The translations under genes and the position numbers were made by a program. The notes under the pieces were generated by a model that saw only the letters and a program-made list of their open reading frames with translations, was not told the origin of the DNA and did not search any database. From assembly GCA_043228905.1 (NCBI GenBank), contig JBHGNT010000005.1:9486001-9550000 (forward strand): a DNA stretch of 64,000 nt, given 5' to 3'. This stretch comes from Azolla caroliniana (lineage: Eukaryota > Plantae > Polypodiophyta). Shown piece by piece: positions 63,649 to 64,000 of this stretch (within the stretch, counting starts at the first letter, position 1; each line of letters starts with the position of its first letter).

Positions 63649-64000
63649 GCTAGTAAAAAGCTCATCCTATCTTTTCCAACAATAAAAATATCCTACTCTA
63701 ATCGTGAGTTATTACATTGTGCCACAATGTATGTCATATGAGGTAAAGTATTTGACTATACCATTATTCATATATGTGTATAATTTTATTGTGAATCTTA
63801 CTTCGTATATGTCTACATTGTAGACTGTAGTGACAAATGCACGCAGGCGGCAACAACAGGTTCTCGTCTTCCACTTTGTAGTATCTACTATTCAGAGTGC
63901 AGCTCTGAGCTGACCTCTCTCTATCTCTCTCTATCTGTCTGTCTGTCTGTATGTCTCTCTCTCTCTCTCTCTCTCAAAGAACATTGTCGTCCGTGGGATT

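Larger units (their letters stand above)
60650..64000 (-). mobile_element. hAT DNA transposon; the other end lies outside the window
   Basis: TIR-like TAGGGATCGGCAAC at 60650, dense AACCG/AACCGGTT subterminal repeats at 60660-60850, and a transposase gene. Confidence 0.88.

Overview
The window is eukaryotic and made entirely of transposable elements. The element mix points to a land plant, probably a bryophyte or lycophyte, and no host gene was found. It is a deeply nested stack of about 15 LTR retrotransposons, two L1-type LINEs and one hAT DNA transposon. The LTR elements are Tcn1-like chromoviruses, a Bryco/Lyco-like Copia family, a Tnt1/Tork-like Copia, non-chromoviral Gypsy elements with a tRNA-Arg PBS, and Gypsy elements with TGTCGTG termini (tRNA-Trp PBS). 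The spliced hAT transposase appears intact. Many boundaries are fixed by 5-bp target-site duplications (TSDs). Four observations stand out. (1) Two divergent Gypsy elements have no polypurine tract (PPT); in its place is a structured sense copy of the tRNA-Arg 3' end ending in CCA, with a compensatory base change, suggesting tRNA-primed or self-primed plus-strand synthesis. (2) The same two elements share an unknown conserved 3' coiled-coil protein. (3) Five different LTR families carry an antisense tRNA-like (A-box/B-box) cassette near the start of U3. (4) A roughly 210-bp insert of two convergent tRNA-like heads sits in a (TC)n tract. Lineage names and tRNA identities are from memory of motifs and were not database-checked.
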